From Nanobdellota archaeon (lineage in GTDB: Archaea; Nanobdellota; Nanobdellia; Pacearchaeales; GW2011-AR1): a DNA stretch of 64,000 bases. How positions within the stretch are numbered: the stretch's first letter is position 1; each line of letters opens with the position of its first letter. The translations under genes were made by a program, and so were the position numbers. The stretch lies in contig JBBSXC010000004.1 of assembly GCA_038045945.1 (NCBI GenBank), positions 96,001 to 160,000 of the forward strand, in the 5' to 3' direction. Below are positions 41,443 to 50,830 of this stretch, piece by piece. Below the pieces are notes generated by a model, which ran no database searches, was not told the DNA's origin, and saw nothing but the letters and a program-made list of their open reading frames with translations.

Positions 41443-41961
41443 ATGAAGAAGTTAAACATAGGTTGCGGACCAGACTACAAGAAAGGATTCGTAAACTTAG
41501 ACTACAATAGTGAATACAAAACAGACATTAATCATAACTTAGACAAATTCCCATACCCATTCAAAAAAGCAGAGTTTGACTACGTTTACTGCTCACACGT
41601 ACTAGAACACGTCAGCGATTTATTCAAAACGCTTAAAGAACTAGAAAGAATAACAAAAGTTGGAGGAAAAATACACATAGTTGTGCCCCACTTCTCAAAC
41701 GGAATAGGATACAATGATTTGACACATAGAAGATTCTTCGGATGGGCAACTTTTGACCAATTAATGACAAATTATTATAATCAAGAATTCAAATTTGAAA
41801 TTATTAAAAGAAGATTCAACTTCTTAAGCAGAAGATACAAATCAGTTAACACCCTAACAAGCTGGATTTTTAACATTTTACCAAAACAGTTTTATGAAAG
41901 ATTCTTATGCTGGATAATGCCAGTTGGAGAAATAGAAGTATTATTACAAAGAAAAATTTAA
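41443..41961 (+). CDS. SAM-dependent methyltransferase (type 11-like)
   Basis: LNIGCG, SHVLEH, VPH, DLTH. Confidence 0.85.
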   Translation: MKKLNIGCGPDYKKGFVNLDYNSEYKTDINHNLDKFPYPFKKAEFDYVYCSHVLEHVSDLFKTLKELERITKVGGKIHIVVPHFSNGIGYNDLTHRRFFGWATFDQLMTNYYNQEFKFEIIKRRFNFLSRRYKSVNTLTSWIFNILPKQFYERFLCWIMPVGEIEVLLQRKI

Positions 41962-43544
41962 GAATTATTAGGAACAAAATTTTCTGGGTATTTGTAAACT
42001 ATCAATGTTGGTTGAGCAGTATTATCCACCCAAACAGCTGAAAGATTATTCCTGGCAGCATAAGTATAAGCCCACTGAGGAGTAAATCCTGGTTCATACT
42101 GAGAAATTATAAAGTATGAAGGCTTAAGAAATAAAACTTCTTCGTTAAATGCATTTTCCCATTTATTCTGACACTGAGACGTTCCTACTTGAGAACTGTC
42201 AACACACTCATCTGGAAATTTTGTAGGTTTCATATCGTGAGTGACTCTTTGCGAATAATAATAATTCTGGACTATTGATGAAGTGACAACTGAGTCGCTA
42301 GCGGCAGAATTCTGTTTTAACCAAAGCCCTGCGTCACGAACAGCAGCATAAGAAGTTTCCCTAGCTCGGATTATTTCTCCAGCGTGCCCAATGTTTTGGT
42401 AAACACCAAACAATAATATCATAAAACAGGCAATTATCGCAAAATTCTTAATGTAAGGCCTAAGAAATGACTCTAAAGAAACAAAACCTTTACCAGCAAT
42501 TATGAATAAAGCCATAGAAGCAACAAGTAACCAACGATCATCAAAAGAACGAATAATAAACACGTAAAAGAATAATTGCGCTATAAGTATCATAAAGAAT
42601 AGTAAGTCACTATTAAGAGACTTATCCTTTTGCTTCCAAACTAAGTCCAAACCAAGAAATAGAGGAATAAGAGAGACCAAACCAATTAACCCTAAAATTG
42701 CCCATGACAAGTGCATAAAAGAAAACACCGAGGTTATAGCACCGAAAGCTGCTGGATTAGTAACGGTTGTTGAAGAGCCACCAAAATAAATTTTTAGAGC
42801 TGAAAAACCAGTGGAAGCCAAGTAGATAAAGTAGGGTAATAACAAAAGTAACAACAAACCTACTGATTTCAAAATAACTTTATCTTTAAAGAGAGAAAAC
42901 TTCCTAGTTATTAACAAGTAGGCAGCTATGGTTAACAATACTACTGCTTGAGGAAAACGGGTGTAGAAAGCTAAAACACCAAAAAGTATTGATAAGTATA
43001 ATCCTTTAGCTAAACCTTTCTTTTCATAATAAACAACAAAGTAGTATATTGATAATAATGCTAAAAACGTTGATGGTACATCGGTCATAACTCTGAATGA
43101 GTAAAAACTCCAAACCCAATAAAAAGAAAGCATTAATGATGAAGCAATGCCCGCCCATTTTCCATAAACTTCTTTACCAATAAGATAAATTACTAATACT
43201 GAAGCAATACTTGGTACAAGCTCGGCAAAGAACCTTAAAAACGATTCTCCAAGCCCTAGTTTGAAGAATAATGCACCAATGAGGGATAATAAGAAAGGCC
43301 TCATCCCAAGAAGATACGACATACTATCAGTCAAAGGCACTTTGAAAGACCAAAACTTTGCTAATGATAAATAATCTCCTTCATCCCACCAGATTGGCTG
43401 ATTTCCTAAACTAAAAAAGAAGTATAATTTGAATACTGCAGCAATTAACAAAATGACTATTATTAGTAAATGATCATTATTTTTAAGAAAAGCCTTAAGC
43501 TTCTCCTTACGTAAAGTAGTGACATCCTTTGAGGGATCAGACAT
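41958..43544 (-). CDS. GT-C glycosyltransferase (GT39/ArnT-like)
   Basis: WWDE..Y, RP, multiple TM, extracellular C-terminal domain. Confidence 0.85.
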   Translation of the reverse strand: MSDPSKDVTTLRKEKLKAFLKNNDHLLIIVILLIAAVFKLYFFFSLGNQPIWWDEGDYLSLAKFWSFKVPLTDSMSYLLGMRPFLLSLIGALFFKLGLGESFLRFFAELVPSIASVLVIYLIGKEVYGKWAGIASSLMLSFYWVWSFYSFRVMTDVPSTFLALLSIYYFVVYYEKKGLAKGLYLSILFGVLAFYTRFPQAVVLLTIAAYLLITRKFSLFKDKVILKSVGLLLLLLLPYFIYLASTGFSALKIYFGGSSTTVTNPAAFGAITSVFSFMHLSWAILGLIGLVSLIPLFLGLDLVWKQKDKSLNSDLLFFMILIAQLFFYVFIIRSFDDRWLLVASMALFIIAGKGFVSLESFLRPYIKNFAIIACFMILLFGVYQNIGHAGEIIRARETSYAAVRDAGLWLKQNSAASDSVVTSSIVQNYYYSQRVTHDMKPTKFPDECVDSSQVGTSQCQNKWENAFNEEVLFLKPSYFIISQYEPGFTPQWAYTYAARNNLSAVWVDNTAQPTLIVYKYPENFVPNNS

Positions 43545-43579
43545 GATTTGATGATAGAATAAAGCCTTTTTATTCTTTG

Positions 43580-44569
43580 TTATCTAATACCTAAAGCCTT
43601 AATGACAGAATCAGCAGAAATAGACTTAGTCAAAGGCTCATCATACAAATCAGATTTTTCAGGGAAGAAATCATAAAGCCTTGGAGAAACAAGTTTTACT
43701 AAAAATCCATAACTTTCAACCTCGTCAGGACTAGTGCAGAAGAATAGGCCAGCAGTTTTTTTCTTTAACGAAACAGCAACATGTAAAGCAAAACTATCAG
43801 AACAAACAATCATCAAACAAGAATTAACTAGTGAGGCAAACTCCAAATCAGAATTCTTAGAGTTATTAGAAAGAACATTAATCCCGTCCTTTTTCAAATC
43901 GCTTGATAAATTCTTAATCTGTTCTGATTCGCCAGGACCGCCAAATAATAAAACTTCATAACCCTTACGTTTAACTTTTTTAATAAAGTCTTTAATGTTA
44001 TCCTCATGCCACATTTTAGAAGGCCATCTTTTAGAAGCACCAACATGTAGACCAATAATCTTTTTCCCCACAAGCCCATGACTCTTAAGGAATAATTCAG
44101 CATATGACAAAGATTCTTCGTTAAGTGTTATACCGCAAAACTGTTTATTGTAAGAAAGATCAGCAGCTGAAAACATCATTTCTTGATAAGTCTTCTTATT
44201 AGATTTTTTTAGTTCATCATCAAAAGTAGTATTGAGATAGTATTGCGCACCCATATTAAAACACTCAACAAATCCGCCGTTACTCCAAAAGCCATACTTT
44301 TTCTTTGCTGTTAATTCTCCAGCAAGTTTTGTTGCTTCCTCATCAATATCAAGATTGAATAAAACATCAAAATTATCTTTTATAACAACAGGAATAGAAT
44401 AAACTTTCTTTATTAAAGGACTATTATTTAGTATTTCCACAGATTCTTTCTTGGTAAACCAATAAACTTCTGAATTAGGATACTTTTCCTTAATACCAGG
44501 CAATAAATGCATCGTGCGAACTACGTCACCTTTAGCCCCAAGCTTAATTATAGCAACTTTCTGATTCAT
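43580..44569 (-). CDS. GT9 family (heptosyltransferase-like) glycosyltransferase
   Basis: IKLGA.GDV, GA..WPSK.W, GGP.E, DS.ALHVA. Confidence 0.88.
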   Translation of the reverse strand: MNQKVAIIKLGAKGDVVRTMHLLPGIKEKYPNSEVYWFTKKESVEILNNSPLIKKVYSIPVVIKDNFDVLFNLDIDEEATKLAGELTAKKKYGFWSNGGFVECFNMGAQYYLNTTFDDELKKSNKKTYQEMMFSAADLSYNKQFCGITLNEESLSYAELFLKSHGLVGKKIIGLHVGASKRWPSKMWHEDNIKDFIKKVKRKGYEVLLFGGPGESEQIKNLSSDLKKDGINVLSNNSKNSDLEFASLVNSCLMIVCSDSFALHVAVSLKKKTAGLFFCTSPDEVESYGFLVKLVSPRLYDFFPEKSDLYDEPLTKSISADSVIKALGIR

Positions 44570-44603
44570 TAGTTTTAAAACCTGAACAGTTTATATAAAG
44601 GTT

Positions 44604-45020
44604 ATGAAAGCATATGTAGCAGGAAAGCTAACAAGTGAGTCTGAGAGAGAATTCTTAGAGAAAATAGCGAGAGTATGCGAATCTGTTGGAATGAAAACTT
44701 TCTTGCCGCATAGAGATGCAGGCTTAGCTAAAAGCATTAAGGATGTAAAAAAGATATTCAAAAAAGACATACTTGGTGGGTTTAAAGACTGTAAGCTTGT
44801 AGTTGCTGACTTAAACGGCCTTCATGTAGGAGCTGGAACAGCCTGGGAGCTAGGTTACGCTTACGCTAATGGAATACCAGCAGTTGGTATCAAGACAGAT
44901 GAAGGGGTTAATGACGCTTTAGAAAGTCTTAGCGCGATACTAATATCATCAATGGATATAGTAACATCTACTCAAGAACTAAAAGAATGGCTTGTTAAGT
45001 TTTTTAATAAGAAACATTAA
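44604..45020 (+). CDS. Nucleoside 2-deoxyribosyltransferase family, Rcl/DNPH1-like N-glycosidase
   Basis: YVAG, FLPHRD, GTAWELGYA, LSAI. Confidence 0.85.
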   Translation: MKAYVAGKLTSESEREFLEKIARVCESVGMKTFLPHRDAGLAKSIKDVKKIFKKDILGGFKDCKLVVADLNGLHVGAGTAWELGYAYANGIPAVGIKTDEGVNDALESLSAILISSMDIVTSTQELKEWLVKFFNKKH

Positions 45021-45925
45021 TCTAAAGGTTTAGTTGTGGGAGTTTCTGTTTCTCTCCAACCATCAGCATAAGACTTTTTCTGTTTCAACTCCTTAAAAGC
45101 TCTATAGTAAATGAACAATCTTGCGAAATATAGCTCAACAGTCCAAAAGAATTCTTTAATATTTTTAGGATAGAAAAACAAAAAATGCCAACCATGCTTT
45201 ATCTCGTTAAAGAAAGACTTAGTTCTTGGGATATTAGGAGCTATTTTACTAAGATTTTCGTGACCTTTAATATTTCTAACCTTCTGAGTTAGCCAATCTT
45301 TCCAATCAGAGGGATTCTTAACATAAACCTGAGCTTGAGGAACATATCTTATTTTATAACCTTTATTCCAAAAAAGGTAAGGGATAATACTGTCCTCAGA
45401 TGTTTCTAAAGGAAAATCAGAAATAACACCTTTTCTAATAGCAAACAAGTACCCAGAACACTCTAAAAATGATCCGCTATCAGAAAGCTTTCTTCTAGCA
45501 GAGTCAATACCATCAAATAAAAAATTAGCCCAGTAGCCATACTTAGTACTTCGGTCTTCAACACAAACAGGTTTACCAGTAACACAACCAACATTAGGAT
45601 CATTAAAGGCATCTTTTATCGATTGAACAGCATTTTCTCCAACAAAAACATCACCATCAGTCAAAATAAAAATATCTTCCTTGCTTTTAGAGCCGAACTC
45701 ATTAAATAAAAGGTTCAAAGCATAACTCTTACCTTCTCCAGGATCAGTAAAGAAAATAACTGACTTATGACCACCTTTCAAATTCTTCTTTATGAACTTT
45801 TCAGTTTCAGGGAAAGGATCACAGACAATAACCCTTAAACCCTTAACTTTTTGGGATAAAACTTTTTCAACAGCACGTAGAGTAGCTTTAGGTTCCTTAA
45901 AAGAAGTTATTATTACATCAATCAT
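45017..45925 (-). CDS. GT2 family glycosyltransferase
   Basis: GKS.ALN, TDGD, SED, QKVRN (QxxRW-like). Confidence 0.87.
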   Translation of the reverse strand: MIDVIITSFKEPKATLRAVEKVLSQKVKGLRVIVCDPFPETEKFIKKNLKGGHKSVIFFTDPGEGKSYALNLLFNEFGSKSKEDIFILTDGDVFVGENAVQSIKDAFNDPNVGCVTGKPVCVEDRSTKYGYWANFLFDGIDSARRKLSDSGSFLECSGYLFAIRKGVISDFPLETSEDSIIPYLFWNKGYKIRYVPQAQVYVKNPSDWKDWLTQKVRNIKGHENLSKIAPNIPRTKSFFNEIKHGWHFLFFYPKNIKEFFWTVELYFARLFIYYRAFKELKQKKSYADGWRETETPTTKPLD

Positions 45926-46122
45926 TTTGATAAAACATCAAAAGGGTAATCAGCAGGCCTCACAAGAACAATTTTTTCTCCTTTTTCATTAATTGCTTCA
46001 AAACGCACCTTCTTAGTACCTTGCTTGCCCATGTCAGAAACCTCCAAGTTATTAATCTTGCACTTCTGATCGGCAATCACTACAATATCCCCTTTAACTA
46101 AATCTTTTGCTTGTTTCTTCAT
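45922..46122 (-). CDS. aIF5A/EF-P N-terminal (KOW) domain-only protein
   Basis: AKDLVKGD...SDMGKQGTKKVR resembles the eIF5A loop SKxGKHGxAK; no OB domain. Confidence 0.7.
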   Translation of the reverse strand: MKKQAKDLVKGDIVVIADQKCKINNLEVSDMGKQGTKKVRFEAINEKGEKIVLVRPADYPFDVLSK

Positions 46123-46143
46123 AAAACAAAGAAATTTATCAAA

Positions 46144-46151
46144 TTTATAAA
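46144..46151. promoter_or_regulatory. Palindromic TATA box shared by divergent leaderless genes
   Basis: TTTATAAA centred 25.5 nt from both ATGs (46122 and 46173). Confidence 0.7.
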
Positions 46152-46172
46152 GATTGCTTATTAAGATGATAA

Positions 46173-46898
46173 ATGACTAACAAAGCAATAATCATCTGCT
46201 CAGGAGGGTTAGACAGCGTAACTACAGCAAACTACGCAAAAAAAATATTAGGTTATGAAGAGATAATAATAATGTTCTTTGATTACGGGCAGAGAACAGT
46301 CAAACAAGAGAGATATTTCTCAAAAAAATGCTCAAAAAACCTAAAAGCAAAATTTATAGAAGTTAGACTAGACGAACTGAAAAAATGGTCGACTTCGCTA
46401 ATAAACAAAAGAAGTAAAGTAAAAAAATTAAGGATTATTGACTTAAAAAACAGTAAAGAAGAGAGTAACAAGTATTATGTTCCTTGTAGAAACACAATTT
46501 TTTTAACATACGCTTTAGCACTTGCAGAATCAAAAATCATTAAAGAAAAAGAAGTTTTTGATGTACTTGTAGGTTTTAAATCTGAAGGATCTGAAAGTTA
46601 TCCAGACACAACAAAGAATTTTGTTAAAAAGATTAATGAGCTAAGAAAAGAAGCAACACTAGTTAAAGGAAAAATAAAGGCGCCTCTAATAGACAAGGAT
46701 AAAGAAGACATAATAGTCCTAGCTAATAAGATGGGAGTAAGATTGGAAGACACTTATAGTTGTTATGCAGGAGCAAAAAACTACCAGCATTGTGGTGTTT
46801 GTTTATCATGTAGACTAAGACAAGAAGGATTTTACTGGGCTAACACTCCAGATCCAACTAGATACGCTCACAAGTTAAAAGATTCTAGAAAGATTTAG
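46173..46898 (+). CDS. queC: 7-cyano-7-deazaguanine synthase family protein
   Basis: SGGLDS, YGQR, YVP.RN..FL, YPD, TYSCY, CGxCxSC. Confidence 0.92.
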   Translation: MTNKAIIICSGGLDSVTTANYAKKILGYEEIIIMFFDYGQRTVKQERYFSKKCSKNLKAKFIEVRLDELKKWSTSLINKRSKVKKLRIIDLKNSKEESNKYYVPCRNTIFLTYALALAESKIIKEKEVFDVLVGFKSEGSESYPDTTKNFVKKINELRKEATLVKGKIKAPLIDKDKEDIIVLANKMGVRLEDTYSCYAGAKNYQHCGVCLSCRLRQEGFYWANTPDPTRYAHKLKDSRKI

Positions 46899-46913
46899 GA
46901 AAGTTTACCCCAA

Positions 46914-48035
46914 TCACTTATCATAACTTTTTAGTAAGTTATTCAGCGTATTTATCACTTTTTTTGATTCAAAATCTTTAGCTCTAATTCTAGAATTTTT
47001 TTGGATTAGTTTTATTTCTTTAGAGCCAATTTTTAAAACTTGTTCTATTTTAGATGATAATTCTTCGTAGTCACCTATGCTAAACAAGAAACCGTTTATT
47101 CCATCAGTAATTACTTCTTTACCACCATCAGTCTTTGATGATATTACTACCTTACCAAGGCTCATAGCATCAATTAATGATATTGGAAGACCTTCCCTCT
47201 TACTAGGAAGAACAAAAATGTCGCAGTCTTGTAAAACAGCAATTTTTTCATTAATTCCCTCCACAGATTTATTAAAATAAATTTTTTGAGAAGATAAAAG
47301 CTTTATTTTTTCATACCCATTCTCAACAGGACCTGTAATATCCAAATTTAACTTATGGTAATCCTTTGAGACTTTAATAAAAGCCTTAACTAAAGTTTCT
47401 ATATCTTTTACAGGAGCAACGCGACCAAAAAACAATACTTTTTTCCCTAAAAAAGCCCTTGTTTTTTGTTTGAAAAAATAGTCATTTATTGAGTTTGGTA
47501 TAATAACTATTTTTTCTTTAGGCACACCAAGAGAAAGTAAGTATGGCACTTCCCAATTAGTTATGGCTATTATTTTTGAGAAACTTTTTATTTTTCTTTT
47601 ATTAAGAGAATAATATATTTTTGTAGCAATATTAAGAGGGAAACTTCTTGGAACATTAAAAGGGGCGTGAGTAACTAGTAAGCATGGCTTATTAAGAATT
47701 TTACAAATTTTAAGAGCCTTAAAAGAATGAGGGTGAATTAAGTGAGTTATTACAACATCCGGATTAATATCTATCAGCCTTTTTTTGAAATCAAAATAAG
47801 TAACATTTTTTGATAACAACTTGTCAAAGACTCCTGTTTTGCTTGGAAAACGGTATATTTCTATTCCATCTTTTGATTCATATGAAGAAACTATTTCTTC
47901 AGTGCTTTTATTAACGTTTGATGATAGAACATACACTTTGTGTCCCTTCTTGACTAATTCTCTTGATTCTTGATAAACTCTGCTCCAAACTCCACAAATA
48001 CCACTAGAAAATTCGCAAATTTGTATTATCTTCAT
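46914..48035 (-). CDS. GT4 glycosyltransferase
   Basis: GRVAPVK, PS..EGLP...DAM. Confidence 0.9.
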   Translation of the reverse strand: MKIIQICEFSSGICGVWSRVYQESRELVKKGHKVYVLSSNVNKSTEEIVSSYESKDGIEIYRFPSKTGVFDKLLSKNVTYFDFKKRLIDINPDVVITHLIHPHSFKALKICKILNKPCLLVTHAPFNVPRSFPLNIATKIYYSLNKRKIKSFSKIIAITNWEVPYLLSLGVPKEKIVIIPNSINDYFFKQKTRAFLGKKVLFFGRVAPVKDIETLVKAFIKVSKDYHKLNLDITGPVENGYEKIKLLSSQKIYFNKSVEGINEKIAVLQDCDIFVLPSKREGLPISLIDAMSLGKVVISSKTDGGKEVITDGINGFLFSIGDYEELSSKIEQVLKIGSKEIKLIQKNSRIRAKDFESKKVINTLNNLLKSYDK

Positions 48036-48191
48036 GAGATATTTATGTGATAATCAACTTATAAAAGTAATTAAAGATGAATCCATAAAAGCTTTTTTTG
48101 GGCGGTTGGATGGTTAACACCGTTTAAATGTTATTCTTTAGGACGCAATAATCTTTATAATGGGTTATGTCACTATAAAACAAGGATAAAA

Positions 48192-49688
48192 ATGAGGCAT
48201 ACAGATAAAAAACCAAAGACTGCACTAATAATTCCTCCTTCTCCTTTTTTAGCTGATGAGAGAGTTTTCCCGTTTTTAGGCATACTAAAAGTTGCTTCAG
48301 TTTTGGAAAGTAGGGGCTACCCGGTAGATGTTTTAGACCTTTCGGGAATAAGAAACTATTTGGATGTTATAGATGCATATATGGGAGAAAATAACGCTAA
48401 TAATTTTGGTATTACTGCTACAACACCACAATTTCCAAGGGCAGTAGATATTGCTAGAAGAATTAAAATAAACAGTCCAGGAGTAAAAACTATTTTTGGG
48501 GGTGCTCATGCTACAATGGTAGGGTCAGCTTACGGCTTAGATGTAAGGAAGAATGTTGTTGGTAGAGGAACAACAGCATATAGACAAATGGTCGAACTTT
48601 TTGATAAAGTAGTCATAGGTGATGGCGAAGAGGCAATATTTGAAGCATTAAAAGAAGGATCGGAAAAAGTCATTGATGCAGGAAGCCTAAAAAGCCCTTT
48701 TTTCCTTCAGAGAGGAACATTAGATAAATACCCCGTGCCTTCAAGACACCTAATAGACTTTGATTCTTACCATTACAAGATTGATGGTAAAGATGCACAG
48801 TCTATGATAGCTCAATTAGGGTGTCCGTTCGAATGCGGGTTTTGTGGCGGAAGAAACACTAACTCCTTTAGAGTAACTAGGACAAGATCAATAGAAAGCA
48901 TCATGGAAGAGGTAGACTTATTAGTTAATAAGTATGGAAAAAGAGGGATAATGTTCTATGATGATGAACTAAATCTTTCAAACGCTACACTGATGAACTT
49001 AATGGGGGAGCTCGTAAAATATCAAGAAAAGAATAGTTTAGAATTAAGACTTAGAGGGTTTGTAAAAGCTGAACTATTCACCCCAGAACAGGCTAATCTG
49101 ATGTATAGAGCAGGCTTTAGAGTCATGCTCTCAGGAGTTGAATCAGGAGATGATGGAATGCTCTTCACTATGAACAAGAAGACTACAAGAGAAATAAATT
49201 CTGCTTGGGTCAGGTATTGTCATGAAGCAGGACTTAAAGCAAAAGCTTTAATGAGCATTGGCCACCCGGGAGAAACAGAAGAAACAATTAATAACAGCTT
49301 AGAATGGGTTTTAACAAATAGACCTGACGATGTTGACTTCACAATAATAACTCAATACCCAGGAAGCCCATACTTTGATTCATCTGTAAGAGACCCATCT
49401 AGAGAAGAAGTATGGGTTTATACAGAGCCAAGAACAAAAAAGGTTTTATTTTCTCAAGATGTAAACTTTGCTGAAAAAGCAGAATACTACAAAGGAGTGC
49501 CTGGAGACTATACTTCCTTTGTTTGGACGGAATCTCTATCAGCCCAAGATTTAGTAAGACATAGAGACAGAGCAGAAAAGACATCTAGAGAAGCATTAGG
49601 GTTAGAACAAATAGCTTATTCCCCAGGCACACAGTTTGAGCACTCCATGGGCCAAGGATTACCAAGCTCTATACTAAGATCATCATAA
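48192..49688 (+). CDS. B12-binding domain radical SAM protein
   Basis: P.LG, GGAHAT, GDGE, CPFECGFC, DD, GVESG, GHPGET. Confidence 0.92.
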   Translation: MRHTDKKPKTALIIPPSPFLADERVFPFLGILKVASVLESRGYPVDVLDLSGIRNYLDVIDAYMGENNANNFGITATTPQFPRAVDIARRIKINSPGVKTIFGGAHATMVGSAYGLDVRKNVVGRGTTAYRQMVELFDKVVIGDGEEAIFEALKEGSEKVIDAGSLKSPFFLQRGTLDKYPVPSRHLIDFDSYHYKIDGKDAQSMIAQLGCPFECGFCGGRNTNSFRVTRTRSIESIMEEVDLLVNKYGKRGIMFYDDELNLSNATLMNLMGELVKYQEKNSLELRLRGFVKAELFTPEQANLMYRAGFRVMLSGVESGDDGMLFTMNKKTTREINSAWVRYCHEAGLKAKALMSIGHPGETEETINNSLEWVLTNRPDDVDFTIITQYPGSPYFDSSVRDPSREEVWVYTEPRTKKVLFSQDVNFAEKAEYYKGVPGDYTSFVWTESLSAQDLVRHRDRAEKTSREALGLEQIAYSPGTQFEHSMGQGLPSSILRSS

Positions 49689-49701
49689 AAAATTTATTTG
49701 A

Positions 49702-50703
49702 TTAAAATTTTTCTTTCATGCTTAAGTCAGAATTCAAAAAATTTCTTACTTTCCCAGCCTTAATCTCTTTATGATATCTCAAACAATAAAAAATAGCTTC
49801 AGAGACATTCTTTAGATGTAAGAAATTCTTCTTTGATGGGCGAATAATTGCTCTAGCAGCGTTACCTAATAGCAACCCAGTTATTGACCAGGCCATTTTC
49901 AAAGTACCTAAAGGCGTGTTAAAAAACCTGTAATAAAAAGAAAATCTGTCTTCTTGGCTAACAAATATCCTCTTTCTTTCAGGATATCTTTCAACTTCAC
50001 TAAAACTATGATAGACTCTGCACTTAGGAGTGATTAATAGACTTCCTTTACCATGCTCTCTATAAACTTTGTATGAGCATTCAATGTCCTGTAGAACATT
50101 GTAACCTGGAATTTTTGGCCAAAGATAATCATCATATACGCAAACTCTGTAAAACATGTTTGTTCCAGGAAGCCACTCTGCATCCGCAATGTCCCTTTTG
50201 ATTATTGGGCTTTCAGTATTTCCATAAGGGCCGGTTATTCTAAACTTGTGATCTTCTTTTCTTGGAAGAAAGAACAGAGAAAAGAAAAATCTTGAAAGTA
50301 TTGATTTAGCACTTGAAAAGTCGTAATTTTTAGATTTATCAGCTCCACCAACTCCAATAATTTTAGGGTTTGAATTGAATATTTTTAGAGCTTCTAAAAA
50401 ATAGTTTTTTGATATTTCTACATCATCATCAAGTGTTAATATTAGCTTAAATTTCTTTCTAGCTTTAATTAGGCCTATGTTTCCAGACATGCCCGTTGAA
50501 GGGTTAGGATTGTGAATATATTCAACATTTAGTTTTTTGAATGATTGACAAACAATTTTTGATTTATCATTCTTGCTCTGATCAATAACAAAGACTCTCT
50601 CTGGCAAAACAGTTGAGGCTTCAATCATTGATAAAGCCTTATTTAAGTCATCAGGACGGTTATAAGTCGGAATAACAACACAAACATCTTTACCTGTAAG
50701 CAT
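49702..50703 (-). CDS. GT2 family glycosyltransferase
   Basis: VIPTYNR, IDQS, LDDD. Confidence 0.88.
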   Translation of the reverse strand: MLTGKDVCVVIPTYNRPDDLNKALSMIEASTVLPERVFVIDQSKNDKSKIVCQSFKKLNVEYIHNPNPSTGMSGNIGLIKARKKFKLILTLDDDVEISKNYFLEALKIFNSNPKIIGVGGADKSKNYDFSSAKSILSRFFFSLFFLPRKEDHKFRITGPYGNTESPIIKRDIADAEWLPGTNMFYRVCVYDDYLWPKIPGYNVLQDIECSYKVYREHGKGSLLITPKCRVYHSFSEVERYPERKRIFVSQEDRFSFYYRFFNTPLGTLKMAWSITGLLLGNAARAIIRPSKKNFLHLKNVSEAIFYCLRYHKEIKAGKVRNFLNSDLSMKEKF

Positions 50704-50830
50704 AAAAGATTCAAAGATAAAGGTAGTTAAAAAGCTTTTTATCTAGGGAAAAACATCAATACAGAAAAGTTCCTATATACTACTATTTTATCTAAAAACT
50801 TAAATAAGGACCATAATTCTTTAACTTAAT

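Noticed and set aside
46123-46172. preQ1 riboswitch before queC
   Set aside because: The 50-nt gap is occupied by a bidirectional TATA promoter; no aptamer stem
46173-46898. QatABCD, type IV CBASS or Dpd defence system
   Set aside because: No TatD, ATPase, cyclase, TGT or dpd genes nearby
48100-48125. GC-rich mini hairpin upstream of the radical SAM gene (cobalamin riboswitch?)
   Set aside because: Too short, no B12 box, and upstream of the probable TATA box
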